From NCBI GenBank assembly GCA_052390515.1, contig JBQTGV010000058.1, forward strand, positions 1 through 64,000: a stretch of 64,000 nt of DNA, in the 5' to 3' direction. The DNA comes from Candidatus Eiseniibacteriota bacterium (GTDB lineage: Bacteria; ARS69). Both the position numbers and the translations under genes were made by a program. The notes under the pieces are model-generated. The model was not told the origin of the DNA, ran no database searches, and was given only the letters and a program-made list of their open reading frames with translations. Numbering within the stretch: position 1 is the first letter of the stretch; the number at the start of each line of letters is the position of its first letter. Of this stretch, positions 19,124-29,358 are shown piece by piece.

Positions 19124-19651
19124 ATGTACAGGACGCGAATCGCCGCTCTCGCTCTCTCCACCCTGATGGCCGCCGGCACGGTTCCGGCGCAACCCACCGA
19201 GCCCACGCCGGCCACGGCGCGGGAGGTCACGAGCGCGGAGGTGGACGAGGCCGCCGCGCGCCCGCTCCCGCTGTACGGACCGATCCAGGCGAAGGACCCG
19301 CTGGTGCGCGCCGAGATCAAGCGACTGTATCTCGAGCGCGGCCGCGTCGCCGCGGACACGCAGACGAAGGTCGCCGAGCTCGGCGCGCGGATGGCCGCTG
19401 AGCGAGATCCGGACTTTCGCTTCGAGATGAGCCGAGAGATCGGTCAGCTCAAGCGTCACGCCGAGCGCCGCGGCATGGAGATCGGACTGGAGATCGCGCG
19501 GCTCAACGGCGACGCCGAGCGCGTGGCCGAGTTCGAGGCCGCATTGGATCAACTGCTGAACCCGGATCGGTATCTGCCGGCTCCCGTCGACCCGTCGCTG
19601 CAGGCGGAGCGGATCCGCCGCCTTTCGACCGACGTGGAGGTGGGACGATGA
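19124..19651 (+). CDS. Small secreted helical hypothetical protein
   Basis: ATG 19124 after GGGAG; signal peptide MYRTRIAALALSTLMAAGTVPA; ATGA overlap with the S8 gene. Confidence 0.7.
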   Translation: MYRTRIAALALSTLMAAGTVPAQPTEPTPATAREVTSAEVDEAAARPLPLYGPIQAKDPLVRAEIKRLYLERGRVAADTQTKVAELGARMAAERDPDFRFEMSREIGQLKRHAERRGMEIGLEIARLNGDAERVAEFEAALDQLLNPDRYLPAPVDPSLQAERIRRLSTDVEVGR

Positions 19652-22600
19652 AGCCGTCCGCCCTGTTGCTCGCCGCCCTTCCCGTCCTGGCTCTCTCGCC
19701 GGACTCGCGGGCGATGGACTTCGCCGAGAGACGCGGCGACTTCTGGTACGACTCCGAGGGAACGCTGGTCGCCGCGCGCCACGCGGAATGGCCCGAAGGC
19801 GTGGAGCGGCGGCCCATGAGCCACCGCGAGAAGATGCAGATGCTCGGGCTGCAGCTCCCCGCCCCGGGCCTGCGCGCGCTGAAGCCGCGGGCAGTGCCGA
19901 TGAAGCACGAGCGCGTGCACCTGTACCCCGAGCTGCAGGAACACGTCGTCATCGTGAAGTTCCGGGACGACACCCCGGTTCGGCTTCGCGGCGGCGCACT
20001 GACTTCCTTCGGCCGCGCCGCGGGCGCCGCGCAGACGGTGCTCGCCGCGTATCCCGATGGACGCCTGGAGCGCGGATTCTCGGTCGAGGAGCGCATCCTC
20101 GACGAAAACCGCGAGACGGGGCAGCTCCTTTCCGGCAAGGAGCTCGCCGACCTCAACAACTACTACGTCGTGCGCTTCCCAGAGGGGTCGCGGCGCGGCA
20201 TCGACGTGGCCAACGAGCTGCTCGCGCTGGACGAGGTCGAGACTGCGTACCTGGAGGCGCCACAGTCCGATCCGTCCTGCGCCGACATCCTCCCCGTCAC
20301 CGGGACGTGGGAGACGTTCCAGAACTACCTCGATCCCGCGCCGGCCGGGCTCGACTCCGAGTTCGCCTGGGCGTACCACGCCGGAGGTGACGGCTTCGGC
20401 TCAGGTTACTGGGTGATGGACTGTGAGCGCACCTGGACCTTCGACCACGAGGATCTGAACTTCTCGGCCAGTGACGTCGTGAACGGAGTGACCGGAGCCT
20501 GGTACAGCGACCACGGCACCGCGGTGGTGGGCGAGTACGGCGCCTGCGACAACGGCTACGGGATGACCGGCATGACGCCGGACGTCGCGCTCAAAGCGAT
20601 GGACCACAACACCGAACCGACGTTCGCCGCCGGGGTGGCCGTGGCCGACGCCTGGCTCGTGGCCGGAGAGATCATGCTCCTGGAGTCCCAGCTGGCGGGT
20701 CCGCCTTCCGGCGGGATCTGCCCCTGCAACTGCCCCGACTTCGACTCCGTTCCCGTCGAGTACGATGCGATGACGTTCGCCGCGATTCAGACGGCGACGG
20801 CCAACGGCATCATCGTCGTGGAAGCCGGTGCGAACGGCTCCGCGAACCTCGACAACATTGGCCTGTACGGGAACCTCTTCCAGCTCTGGTTCCGGGACTC
20901 CGGCGCCATCCTGGTCGGTGCGTCGGATCTCACCCACGCGCCCATGTGCTTCACCAGCACCGGCAGCCGGATCGACGTGCACGCGTACGGAACGTCGGTC
21001 TACTCGACCGGCTACGGCGACCAGTGGAGCGGGTCCTTCCTCGACAAGAAGCAAGACTACACCGCGAGCTTCAACGGCACGTCGAGCGCATCGCCCATGA
21101 TCGTGGGCGCCTGCGCGTCCCTGCAGGGAATCGCCAAGGCGAAGTACGGAGTCACGCTGACCCCCGCGCAGATGCGCAGCGTGATCAAGTTGGGCGGAAC
21201 ACCGCAGCTCCCGGGCGGGAACATCGGCCCCATGCCGAACCTTGCGGCGGCGATCAATGTGCTGGAGCCGGATCTGCGCGAGTACCAACCCGTCGGCTGG
21301 AGCTACCCCATCGTGCCGCGCTCGACCGCGGACGCGACCAGCGTGAGCGCGGTGCTTCCCACCGGTGCTCTCCCGGGGAATGGCGCCAGCACCTACTACA
21401 ACTTCGCGCTGCAGAACTCCGCCGGGTCGTACACCCCGGCGGTGAACTCGCCCGACTCACGCCTCCACCTGGAGGACACGCCGATCTGGGAGGTCGTCGA
21501 TACGAACCTCGCACCGGGGGCGTGGGGCTGGGCGGTGAACCTGCCCACCGTCACCAAGGGCGGACGCCACTCGCTCACCTTGATCGTCGACTACGCCGGC
21601 GTGGAGTCCGAGTCCAACGAGGGGAACAACGCGTGGCGCCGCCAGTTCATCTGGTCGGGCCTCGGCCTGATCGAGGACGTACCTCTGACGCGCACCGCCG
21701 ACCCCATCGCGCTGGGCGCGAATTACGCGGGACCCTGGTACAACGCCGAGGGTGTCCACGGCTCCACCGGAACGACCTACTGGCACGCGTTCGCCGTGGC
21801 GCCGACCCTGGCCAGCGACGACTTCGACGTCCGCCTCAACACCGAGGTCCCCGCCAACGTCCCGCAGGCCGGGTTCGGCGCGCACGTGGCCTGGTCCTCC
21901 GAGCCCGCCGGGATGGTCGACTTCGTGGTGCTGGACCGCAACCAGGTGGGGGCCGGCACCTTCTACGCGAGCCTCGTGAACTTCAGCGGCAGCGGCTCCA
22001 AGATCGTCGAGTTCGAGTCGGACGACGGAGCGCTGGCCCCCGGAGTCCATGGCCCGTACACGATCCAAGCGGGCGACCTCGTTGACGTTCACGAGGTCTT
22101 CCTGAACACCGGCCAGGAGTACCGCGTCCACGTCGAGGTGCTCTCGGGGCTCGCGGACATCGGCATCTCCGTGTTCGATGGTACGGGCGGCTTCTTCGAC
22201 AAGACGGCAACGATGCCGGGCGGTTTCGGCGATGCCGCCGGGCCCGGGCAGGACGAGTACGCCGTCGTGGCTCCCGCCGCGAACGACTTCTACGGGGCGG
22301 TCGTGTGGAAGCGCGGGTCGGCGGACGTCAGCCAGTCGCTGACCTACAACCTTCACGTGAGCGTCCTCCCCAACTTGGTGGGAAGCCGCGCGCCCTCCGG
22401 CTGGGACCGACCCATCGTGCCGCGGAACACTCGAGATGCGGTGTTCCTCGTCGATCTCCCCGCCATGCTGAACGGCAACGCGGCCACCACGTCGTTCAAC
22501 TGGGCGACGTACAACGAGGGGGCGAATCAGGCTCCAGGGCCGTGGCGGACCGATCTGTTCGTGGACGACGTGTTGCGGCTGACGTCGACGGCGGCGGGTT

Positions 22601-23790
22601 CGCTGAATTCCGGGGCGTACTACGCGGTGATGAATTCGGTGCAGAGCACGGTGACCGGCGGCAGACATCACCTGCGCTCCTCGGCCGACGTGCTGGCGCA
22701 GCTCACCGAGTTCGACGAGGCGGACAACGCGCGGACGGAGGCCTTCGTGTGGTCGCCGCTGAGCCTGACGGACGGAGTGCCGGTCACGCGCGCGGCCCCA
22801 CCCCGGAAGGACCCGCTCGGGTACGGTCCCTGGTGGTCGGTGGACGGCCTTCGCGCCGCGCCAACCACATACTGGACCGCCGTCGGCATCGTGCCGGTGA
22901 ACGCGGCGGACACCTACGACCTGCGGATGCACGACGCCTCGACCGGCAGCGAGGACGGCTTCGCGGCGCCCCGGATCTGGTCGTACGACGGCTCCGGTGA
23001 TTGCGTTTTCGCGCTGACGAACTACAACCTGGAACCGCTGGGCGCGAAGGACTACGGCATCCTGAACTGGAGCGGCACCGGGAACGTGGCGGCGCAGCGC
23101 TCGGATGCACCGATCCTCGCAGGGTACTCGGGCGGCGTGGTCCGGTACGGACCGTACTCGCTGGGCGCCGGCACGATCCTCGCCGCCTACGAGTTCTACC
23201 TGGATCCGCTCGCCGCCGGGACGCCCCTGCACGTCTCCGTGAACGCTACCGCGGGGACCGCGAACCTCGTCGTGGCGATCTTCGACGGGCAGGGCGCTCC
23301 CGCATACGGGAAGTACGATGCGCTCGCCCTGGTGGACGCGGCCGGCGGCGGCGCGGACGAGCACCTGCCGCCGTTGACGCTGTCCCCGGGCTTCTACGCC
23401 GTCGTCGTGCACAAGCGCGGCTCGGCGGACCTGCCGCTCACGGCGAACTTCGATCTCGTGCTCTCGGGCGCGAACGTGGTGGGCGTCGAGGAAGCGCAGT
23501 TCGTTCCGTCGACGTTCGCCCTGGCCGCGCCGCGGCCGAACCCGGTTCGGGACGCGGTGACGCTGGAGTTCGACGTGCCCGCCGGTGGCGAGCCCGTTCG
23601 CCTCGGGGTCTTCGACCTGATGGGGCGGCAGGTGGCCACCCTGGCCGACGGTTCGGTGGCGGCCGGCCGGCACGCCATCTCGTGGAACGGACGGTCCTCG
23701 ACCGGTGAGCGCACCGCCGCGGGCGTGTACTTCGTGCGCCTGGACGCGCCATCCGGGTCGTGGACACGCAAGGTCACGCTGTTGCGCTAG
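19648..23790 (+). CDS. Secreted S8 (subtilisin-family) serine peptidase with duplicated CARDB-like modules and FlgD-Ig/T9SS-like CTD
   Basis: Triad motifs VMDCE, DHGTAVVG, FNGTSSASP; oxyanion region EAGANG; C-terminal 'PNP...VFDLMGRQV...AGVYFVRL'. Confidence 0.9.
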   Translation: MKPSALLLAALPVLALSPDSRAMDFAERRGDFWYDSEGTLVAARHAEWPEGVERRPMSHREKMQMLGLQLPAPGLRALKPRAVPMKHERVHLYPELQEHVVIVKFRDDTPVRLRGGALTSFGRAAGAAQTVLAAYPDGRLERGFSVEERILDENRETGQLLSGKELADLNNYYVVRFPEGSRRGIDVANELLALDEVETAYLEAPQSDPSCADILPVTGTWETFQNYLDPAPAGLDSEFAWAYHAGGDGFGSGYWVMDCERTWTFDHEDLNFSASDVVNGVTGAWYSDHGTAVVGEYGACDNGYGMTGMTPDVALKAMDHNTEPTFAAGVAVADAWLVAGEIMLLESQLAGPPSGGICPCNCPDFDSVPVEYDAMTFAAIQTATANGIIVVEAGANGSANLDNIGLYGNLFQLWFRDSGAILVGASDLTHAPMCFTSTGSRIDVHAYGTSVYSTGYGDQWSGSFLDKKQDYTASFNGTSSASPMIVGACASLQGIAKAKYGVTLTPAQMRSVIKLGGTPQLPGGNIGPMPNLAAAINVLEPDLREYQPVGWSYPIVPRSTADATSVSAVLPTGALPGNGASTYYNFALQNSAGSYTPAVNSPDSRLHLEDTPIWEVVDTNLAPGAWGWAVNLPTVTKGGRHSLTLIVDYAGVESESNEGNNAWRRQFIWSGLGLIEDVPLTRTADPIALGANYAGPWYNAEGVHGSTGTTYWHAFAVAPTLASDDFDVRLNTEVPANVPQAGFGAHVAWSSEPAGMVDFVVLDRNQVGAGTFYASLVNFSGSGSKIVEFESDDGALAPGVHGPYTIQAGDLVDVHEVFLNTGQEYRVHVEVLSGLADIGISVFDGTGGFFDKTATMPGGFGDAAGPGQDEYAVVAPAANDFYGAVVWKRGSADVSQSLTYNLHVSVLPNLVGSRAPSGWDRPIVPRNTRDAVFLVDLPAMLNGNAATTSFNWATYNEGANQAPGPWRTDLFVDDVLRLTSTAAGSLNSGAYYAVMNSVQSTVTGGRHHLRSSADVLAQLTEFDEADNARTEAFVWSPLSLTDGVPVTRAAPPRKDPLGYGPWWSVDGLRAAPTTYWTAVGIVPVNAADTYDLRMHDASTGSEDGFAAPRIWSYDGSGDCVFALTNYNLEPLGAKDYGILNWSGTGNVAAQRSDAPILAGYSGGVVRYGPYSLGAGTILAAYEFYLDPLAAGTPLHVSVNATAGTANLVVAIFDGQGAPAYGKYDALALVDAAGGGADEHLPPLTLSPGFYAVVVHKRGSADLPLTANFDLVLSGANVVGVEEAQFVPSTFALAAPRPNPVRDAVTLEFDVPAGGEPVRLGVFDLMGRQVATLADGSVAAGRHAISWNGRSSTGERTAAGVYFVRLDAPSGSWTRKVTLLR

Positions 23791-23854
23791 TCTGACGGAG
23801 GCGCGCCTTTACGCCGGGTGACGGCGCAGACTACCCTGCCCGCGGGAGGTGGCG

Positions 23855-26800
23855 ATGTTGGCAACCCACCCGCGGGCGGGGTTCGTCGGCGCCTTGCTGC
23901 TGCTCGCCGCGGCCGGCGCCACAGCCGAAGAGACCGACGACATCGAGGTGCTCCTCGAGACTCGGGATCTGGTGCGTGCCGAGGCGATCGCGCGGGAGAG
24001 GCTGGCCGCGGCCGAGGCCTCCGGTGACCGAACCGCTCAGGCCGGCGCCCGCGACGGCCTGATCCGTGTGCGGCTGCGCGCGCGAGACGTCGACGAGGAT
24101 CTCCTGGCCTTCGCCGAGGAGACGCTCGCCCGCAAGCGAGCGCTGTTCGGTGCCGACCACTCCGAGGTGGCCACGAGCCTCTATCACCTCGGCGCGTGTC
24201 TGGATCTCGCCGGCCGTCCCGACGAAGGCAAGGCGCACATGGACGAAGCGCTGGCGATGCGACGCCGCGTGCTCGGGGACCGCCACCCCGATGTCGCGAG
24301 GTCGCTCGCCGGGCTGGGCATCTACGAGTGGCGCAACGGCCGGCTCGCCGAGGCCGAGGCTCTCCTGGAACAGGCACTCGACATCCAGGACGAGGTACCC
24401 GCCACGGCCGGGGAGATCGTCGGCACGCTGCAGTTTTTGAGCCTCGTTCAGGCGAAGCTCGGCGAGATCGAGGAGGCGGTGGAGCGGGCGCGGCGCGCCG
24501 TCTTCATCCGAGAGGACCTTCACGGCGCCGGGCATCCGCGAACCGCGGAGGCGCTCCACAACCTGGGAGCGGTGTACTCCGAGGCCGCCGCTCTGCAGGA
24601 CGCGCTCGCCACGGAGCTGCGCGCGGCCGCCGCGCTGGAAGGCGCCGCGACGCACTGGGACTGGCTCCGCGCGCCCGTCTTCAACAACCTGGCCAACTTC
24701 GAGGGATCGCTCGGGAACTTCCCAGCCGCGCGCTCCTGGGCCGAGCGCTCCGTGGACCTGCTCGAACGAATGTACGGAGCAGACAGCGCCGACTACGCGT
24801 TCGGGCTGAACAGCCTCGGGCTCCAGCAGCTCGTCATGGGCGATCTGGACTCGGCGCGGCGCGCCTTCGAGCGCGTGCTGGCCGTCTACGAGGCCACGCT
24901 TCCGGCCGACCACCGCTGGACCCTGCTGGTCCTCACCGATCTCGCTTCGGTGGAGCATCGCAGCGGCAACTTCGCGAGGGCGGTCGAGCTGCTGGAGAGG
25001 GCGGTGCCAGGGATCCAGGAAGAGTTCGGCGACGGCGGCGACGCGGCCTTCGCGTGGGGGAGCCTCGGGGAGGCGCGCCTCGCGGCCGGTGACGTGAACG
25101 GGGCGATCGCCGCGCTCGAGAGGTCCCGCACCATGATCGAGGGCGTCTCCGGCCCGGAGAGCGCCGACCTGCCGCGCGTACTCGGGCTGCTGGCGCGCGC
25201 CCACACCCGGAACGGCAACCGGGAGGCCGCCGAGCTCTTCCACGTGCGGTGCCTGGACCTGAGCGCGCAAGCCAGCGGCGAGGACTCCATCCTCTACGAG
25301 AGCGAGCTGCGCGTGTACGCGCGCTTTCTGTTCGAAGGCGGCGAGATGGAGCGCGCCTTCGAGGCGGCCCTTCGCGCCGACGAGCTGTCCCGGAATCACG
25401 TGCGCATCAACGTGCGCGGTCTCGCGGAGCGCGAAGCGCTCGCGTTCCTGGGCACCCGCTCGCGCGGGACCGACGTGCTGATGGCCGTGGTCGAGAGCGA
25501 AGCGTCGGACCGAATCGATCCCAGGGTGGAGTCGGCCTGGGACGCCGTGATCCGTTCGCGGTGCCTCGTGCTCGACGAGATGATCGAGCGCAACCGCGCG
25601 GTGGTCGGGACCGAGGATGCCGGCGTCGCCGCCGTCCGAGCGAGATATCGCGAAGCGGGCGAACGTCTCGCCGGGCTCTGGCTCTCGCAGTCCGCCGGCG
25701 GCGCGAGCCGCGAGGAAGTCGACGCGGCACGTGCGGAACTGGAGCAGTCCGAGCGCGCGCTCGCCGACGCCAGCGCATCGTTCCGAGATGCTGCGTCGCA
25801 GTCGCGGGCGGGGTTCGCGGAGGTGCGCTCCGGGCGGCCCGCGCGCTCGGCCGTCGTCGCCTACGCGAGGTACGACGCGCCCCTCCCTGGTGGATTCGAG
25901 GCGGAGACGCGCTACTTCGCCTTCGTCCTGCCAGCCGACGGCATGGCTCCGCGCGCGGTCTCGCTCGGACCTGCGGATCAGATCGATGGTCTCGTGAGGA
26001 CGTGGCGCGCCACCCTGGTCGCCGGCGAGTCCGCCGCCCGCGAGGCCGGCTCACGCCTGCGAGAATCCGTCTGGGATCCGGTGGCTCCGCTCGTGGGCGA
26101 AGCACCCGATCTCGTGCTGGTCGTGCTCGACGGCGCGTTGCACGAGGTCTCGCTGGCGGCGCTGCCGGATGGGGACGGCGGCTACCTCGTCGAGACGGGG
26201 CCGACCTTCCACCACTTGAGCTCCGAGCGCGACGCCGCGCGCGTCGCCGCCGAGACGACCGGCCGCGGACTGCTGGTCGTCGGCGGGGCGGATTACGACG
26301 CGGATCCGCGAGGCGGCGGGGCCGAGCTCGCGGCGGCCGGCCCGGCTCCGGGCGTCGCCGTCTTCCGCGGCGCGCACGCGGACTGTCGCGGATTCGCCGA
26401 GCACCGCTTCGAGCAGCTCCCCGCCACCTCACGGGAGGCGCGCGACGTCGCGACGCTCTGGGGACCCGACGCCGCGTTGCTGGAAGGGGACGCGGCCACG
26501 GAAGCGGCCTTCCGCGCCCACGCTCCGGGTCGCCGCGTCCTGCACCTGGCGACTCACGGCTTCTTCCTCGGCGGGGACTGCCGCACGGCAGCGTCCGGAG
26601 AGCGCGGCGTGACTGGCGTCGTGCCGCTGGGCGATGCCCCCTCGGCAGGACCGCCGCTGGCCGAACTGCACCCGCTGCTCGCGTCCGGAGTGGCGCTAGC
26701 CGGCGCGAACCGCCGCGCTCGGGTCGCGGCCGGAGAGGACGACGGGATCCTGACGGCGCAGGAGATCGGCGCGCTGGATCTCGGCGGCGTGGAGTGGGCC

Positions 26801-27100
26801 GTACTTTCGGCGTGCGACACCGGGATCGGCCGCGTGGCGGCGGAGGAAGGGGTGCTCGGTCTACAGCGCGCGTTCGCGGTGGCCGGGGCGAGGACCGTGC
26901 TCATGACGCTCTGGCCGGTGAAGGACGAGGACGCGCACGCGTGGATGAGCGCACTCTACGCGCGGCGCGCAGCCGGGGCCGGCACGGCCGAGGCCGTGCG
27001 CGCGTCGAGCCTGCAGTTCCTGAGGCAGCTTCGCGAGCGCGGCGAGGACGCCAGTCCCGCGCGGTGGGGCGGGCTCGTCGCCGTGGGGGACTGGCGGTAA
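23855..27100 (+). CDS. Signal-peptide TPR-CHAT (caspase-like, clan CD) protease
   Basis: Signal peptide; TPRs 'LG..HP.VA.SL..L'; intact dyad motifs LHLATHGF and VLSACDTG; DDGILTAQEI, LWPVKD, PARWGG; ATG after GGGAGG. Confidence 0.9.
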   Translation: MLATHPRAGFVGALLLLAAAGATAEETDDIEVLLETRDLVRAEAIARERLAAAEASGDRTAQAGARDGLIRVRLRARDVDEDLLAFAEETLARKRALFGADHSEVATSLYHLGACLDLAGRPDEGKAHMDEALAMRRRVLGDRHPDVARSLAGLGIYEWRNGRLAEAEALLEQALDIQDEVPATAGEIVGTLQFLSLVQAKLGEIEEAVERARRAVFIREDLHGAGHPRTAEALHNLGAVYSEAAALQDALATELRAAAALEGAATHWDWLRAPVFNNLANFEGSLGNFPAARSWAERSVDLLERMYGADSADYAFGLNSLGLQQLVMGDLDSARRAFERVLAVYEATLPADHRWTLLVLTDLASVEHRSGNFARAVELLERAVPGIQEEFGDGGDAAFAWGSLGEARLAAGDVNGAIAALERSRTMIEGVSGPESADLPRVLGLLARAHTRNGNREAAELFHVRCLDLSAQASGEDSILYESELRVYARFLFEGGEMERAFEAALRADELSRNHVRINVRGLAEREALAFLGTRSRGTDVLMAVVESEASDRIDPRVESAWDAVIRSRCLVLDEMIERNRAVVGTEDAGVAAVRARYREAGERLAGLWLSQSAGGASREEVDAARAELEQSERALADASASFRDAASQSRAGFAEVRSGRPARSAVVAYARYDAPLPGGFEAETRYFAFVLPADGMAPRAVSLGPADQIDGLVRTWRATLVAGESAAREAGSRLRESVWDPVAPLVGEAPDLVLVVLDGALHEVSLAALPDGDGGYLVETGPTFHHLSSERDAARVAAETTGRGLLVVGGADYDADPRGGGAELAAAGPAPGVAVFRGAHADCRGFAEHRFEQLPATSREARDVATLWGPDAALLEGDAATEAAFRAHAPGRRVLHLATHGFFLGGDCRTAASGERGVTGVVPLGDAPSAGPPLAELHPLLASGVALAGANRRARVAAGEDDGILTAQEIGALDLGGVEWAVLSACDTGIGRVAAEEGVLGLQRAFAVAGARTVLMTLWPVKDEDAHAWMSALYARRAAGAGTAEAVRASSLQFLRQLRERGEDASPARWGGLVAVGDWR

Positions 27101-27118
27101 GCGCCGGGGGTCTCGACA

Positions 27119-27150
27119 CGAAGGAGCCGGAGCTGCTGCCGGCTCCTTCG
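27119..27150. terminator. Hairpin between convergent genes (probable bidirectional terminator)
   Basis: Perfect 12-bp inverted repeat CGAAGGAGCCGG / CCGGCTCCTTCG with 8-nt loop; no clear U-tract. Confidence 0.55.
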
Positions 27151-27161
27151 CGAGCATCGAG

Positions 27162-29358
27162 TCATCGGCGGACGACCAGCTTCCGAGTCACCACGTCGAC
27201 ACCTGCCTGGAGACGACACCAGTACACACCGGAGGGTAGCCCGTCCGAGACGAAGCTCAGGCGGTGCTCGCCGGTACCGAGCCACTTGTCTTCGATCGGG
27301 GTCGATACCCGGCGCCCGGCGACATCGAACACGTCCACTCGAACGCGCGCAGCAGCCGGGAGCGCGAAGCGGACCTCGGTCCCGAGCTCGAAGGGGTTGG
27401 GCGCGCTCTCCAGGGCGATCCGTGAGCCGGACTCCTGGAGGTAAGCCCGCACGCCGGTCGTGGCGGACGGATCGGTCAGTGGCGCAGTGGTCCTCGTCGA
27501 CGTTTTGATCACCGCGAAGTTGGCCCGTGGAATCCCGCCGACACCCACAAAGGAGCCGCTTGCGCACACGCTCGAGCCGCTCACTACGAGCGCGTGCACA
27601 ACGGATGAGATTCCGCCAAGAGCTTGCGCGCCCGGATTCCACGCGGTGGCCGCGCCGGTCACGGCGTCGAGCGCGGCGATGTTCTCACGCGGCCGGCCAC
27701 CGATTGCGTCGAACCGTCCGCCCACGTATACGATCGATCCGCTCACCGCGAGCGCGGAAACCCGCGTGGACGGACCCGTGGCGACGGGGTCCCACGCCGT
27801 GGCCGCTCCCGTACCGGCGTCCAATGCCGCGAGTCGGCTGCGCGTCTGGCCCCCGATGCTCGTGAAGGTGCCGCCCGCGTACACCGTCGCACCGCTCACC
27901 GCGAGCGCGCTGACCACAGAGTCTGGATCGGCTCTCCAGCTTGTGGCGGAGCCGGTAACTGCATGGAGCGCGGCTAGGTGGCTCCGTGGCTGGCTGCCCG
28001 CTTGCGTGAATAGCCCACCCGCGTACACGGTCGAGTCGCTGACCGCGAGCGCCAAGACGGTGCTGTCGGCGCCCGGATCCCAGCTCGTCGCGGAGCCGGT
28101 GGCGGCGTCGAGCGCCGCGAGGTGAGCCCGTTGCTGGCCGCTGATGCTGGTGAAGTGACCGCCGACGTAGACCGTCGAGCCGACTACCGCGAGTGCCGAG
28201 ACGATGTTGTCAGCACCCGGATCCCAGCTCGTGGCGGCGCCGGTCTCGACGTCGAGGGCCGCGATGTTGTTACGCGGTTCGCCGCCGACGCTGTTGAAGG
28301 AGCCTCCGGCGTATACCGTCGTGCCGGTCGCTGCGAGCGCCAGTACGAAGCTGTCGGCATGGGGGCTCCAAGTCGTTGCAGCACCGGTCGCGGAGTCGAG
28401 CGCGGCGATGTTGCTGCGCGGCTGGCCGCCCGTCGTCGTGAAGCGCCCTCCCACGTAAACCGTCGAGCCGCTCACCGCTATCGCGTGGACCACGCCGTCG
28501 GCGCCCGGGTTCCAGGTCGTGGCCAGGCCGCTAGTGGTGCTGATCGCGGCGATGCTCTTTCGCGGCTGGCCACCGATGCTGCTGAAGCCGCCGCCCACGT
28601 ACACCGTCGAGCCACTGACGGCGAGTGCCCGGGGAAGCGGCGGGGGCCATGCGGAGGCCGCGGGATTTCAGGGGTTGACCGCACCAGTCGATGCGTCGAT
28701 CGCGGCGATGCCGTTGCGCAACTGGCCACCAAGCTTGGTGAAGTAGCCGCCGACGTACAACGTCGACCCGCTCACCGCGAGAGCGGTGACGTACCCCCCG
28801 CTAGTGTCAAGGTTCCAAGTGAACGAGTAGCCTTGAGTGTCTAGTGCGACGAGGTTCCGGTGTGCGTACCCCGCGATGGTGTCGAAGAACCCGCCGGCGA
28901 ACACGATCTGGCCGCGCACGGCGAGCGCCATGACCTCGCGGTTGGCCCCGGGTTCCAGTCCGTCGCCGAACCGGTGACGGCGTGCACCGCGGCGACGTTG
29001 CTGCGCAGCTGACCAGCGATGCTGGTGAAGAGCCGCCCACGTACACCGTCGCGCCGCTCACCGCCAGAGCGGAGACATGGCCGCCGCTGCCGACGCCCGG
29101 GTCCCAGGCCGAGACCGAGAGGTTCGAAGCGATGTGTGCGAGGCTCGCCCGAGGCACTCTGCCGACATGAGTGAGCTGGCCGCCGATGTACCACCCCCCG
29201 GACCCGTCGGGGACCACGGCGAACACGCTGCCCTCGACCTCCGGGAACGACGACGGCAGCAGTCCGCTGGACACGTCTATAGGCGCGCCACTTCCCGTAG
29301 CCGGTCCCACGTAGCTGAAACTCCCTCCCAAGTAGATTGTCTCCTCGCTTGCGGCGAC
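27162..29358 (-). pseudogene. Disrupted paralogue of the 6880..9267 beta-propeller/CTD protein
   Basis: Homology starts abruptly at VAASEETIYLGGSFSYVGP with no signal peptide; 1-nt deletions near 29031 and 28947; in-frame TGA at 28668-28670 replaces the W of a WNP repeat; CTD intact. Confidence 0.85.

Noticed and set aside
23855-27100. TPR-CHAT as a CRISPR type III-E Csx29 component
   Set aside because: It has a signal peptide, and no cas7-11, csx30 or array is present
28668-28670. TGA read-through as Trp or Sec recoding
   Set aside because: TGA is the normal stop for many genes here, and the same gene has frameshifts and a 5' truncation
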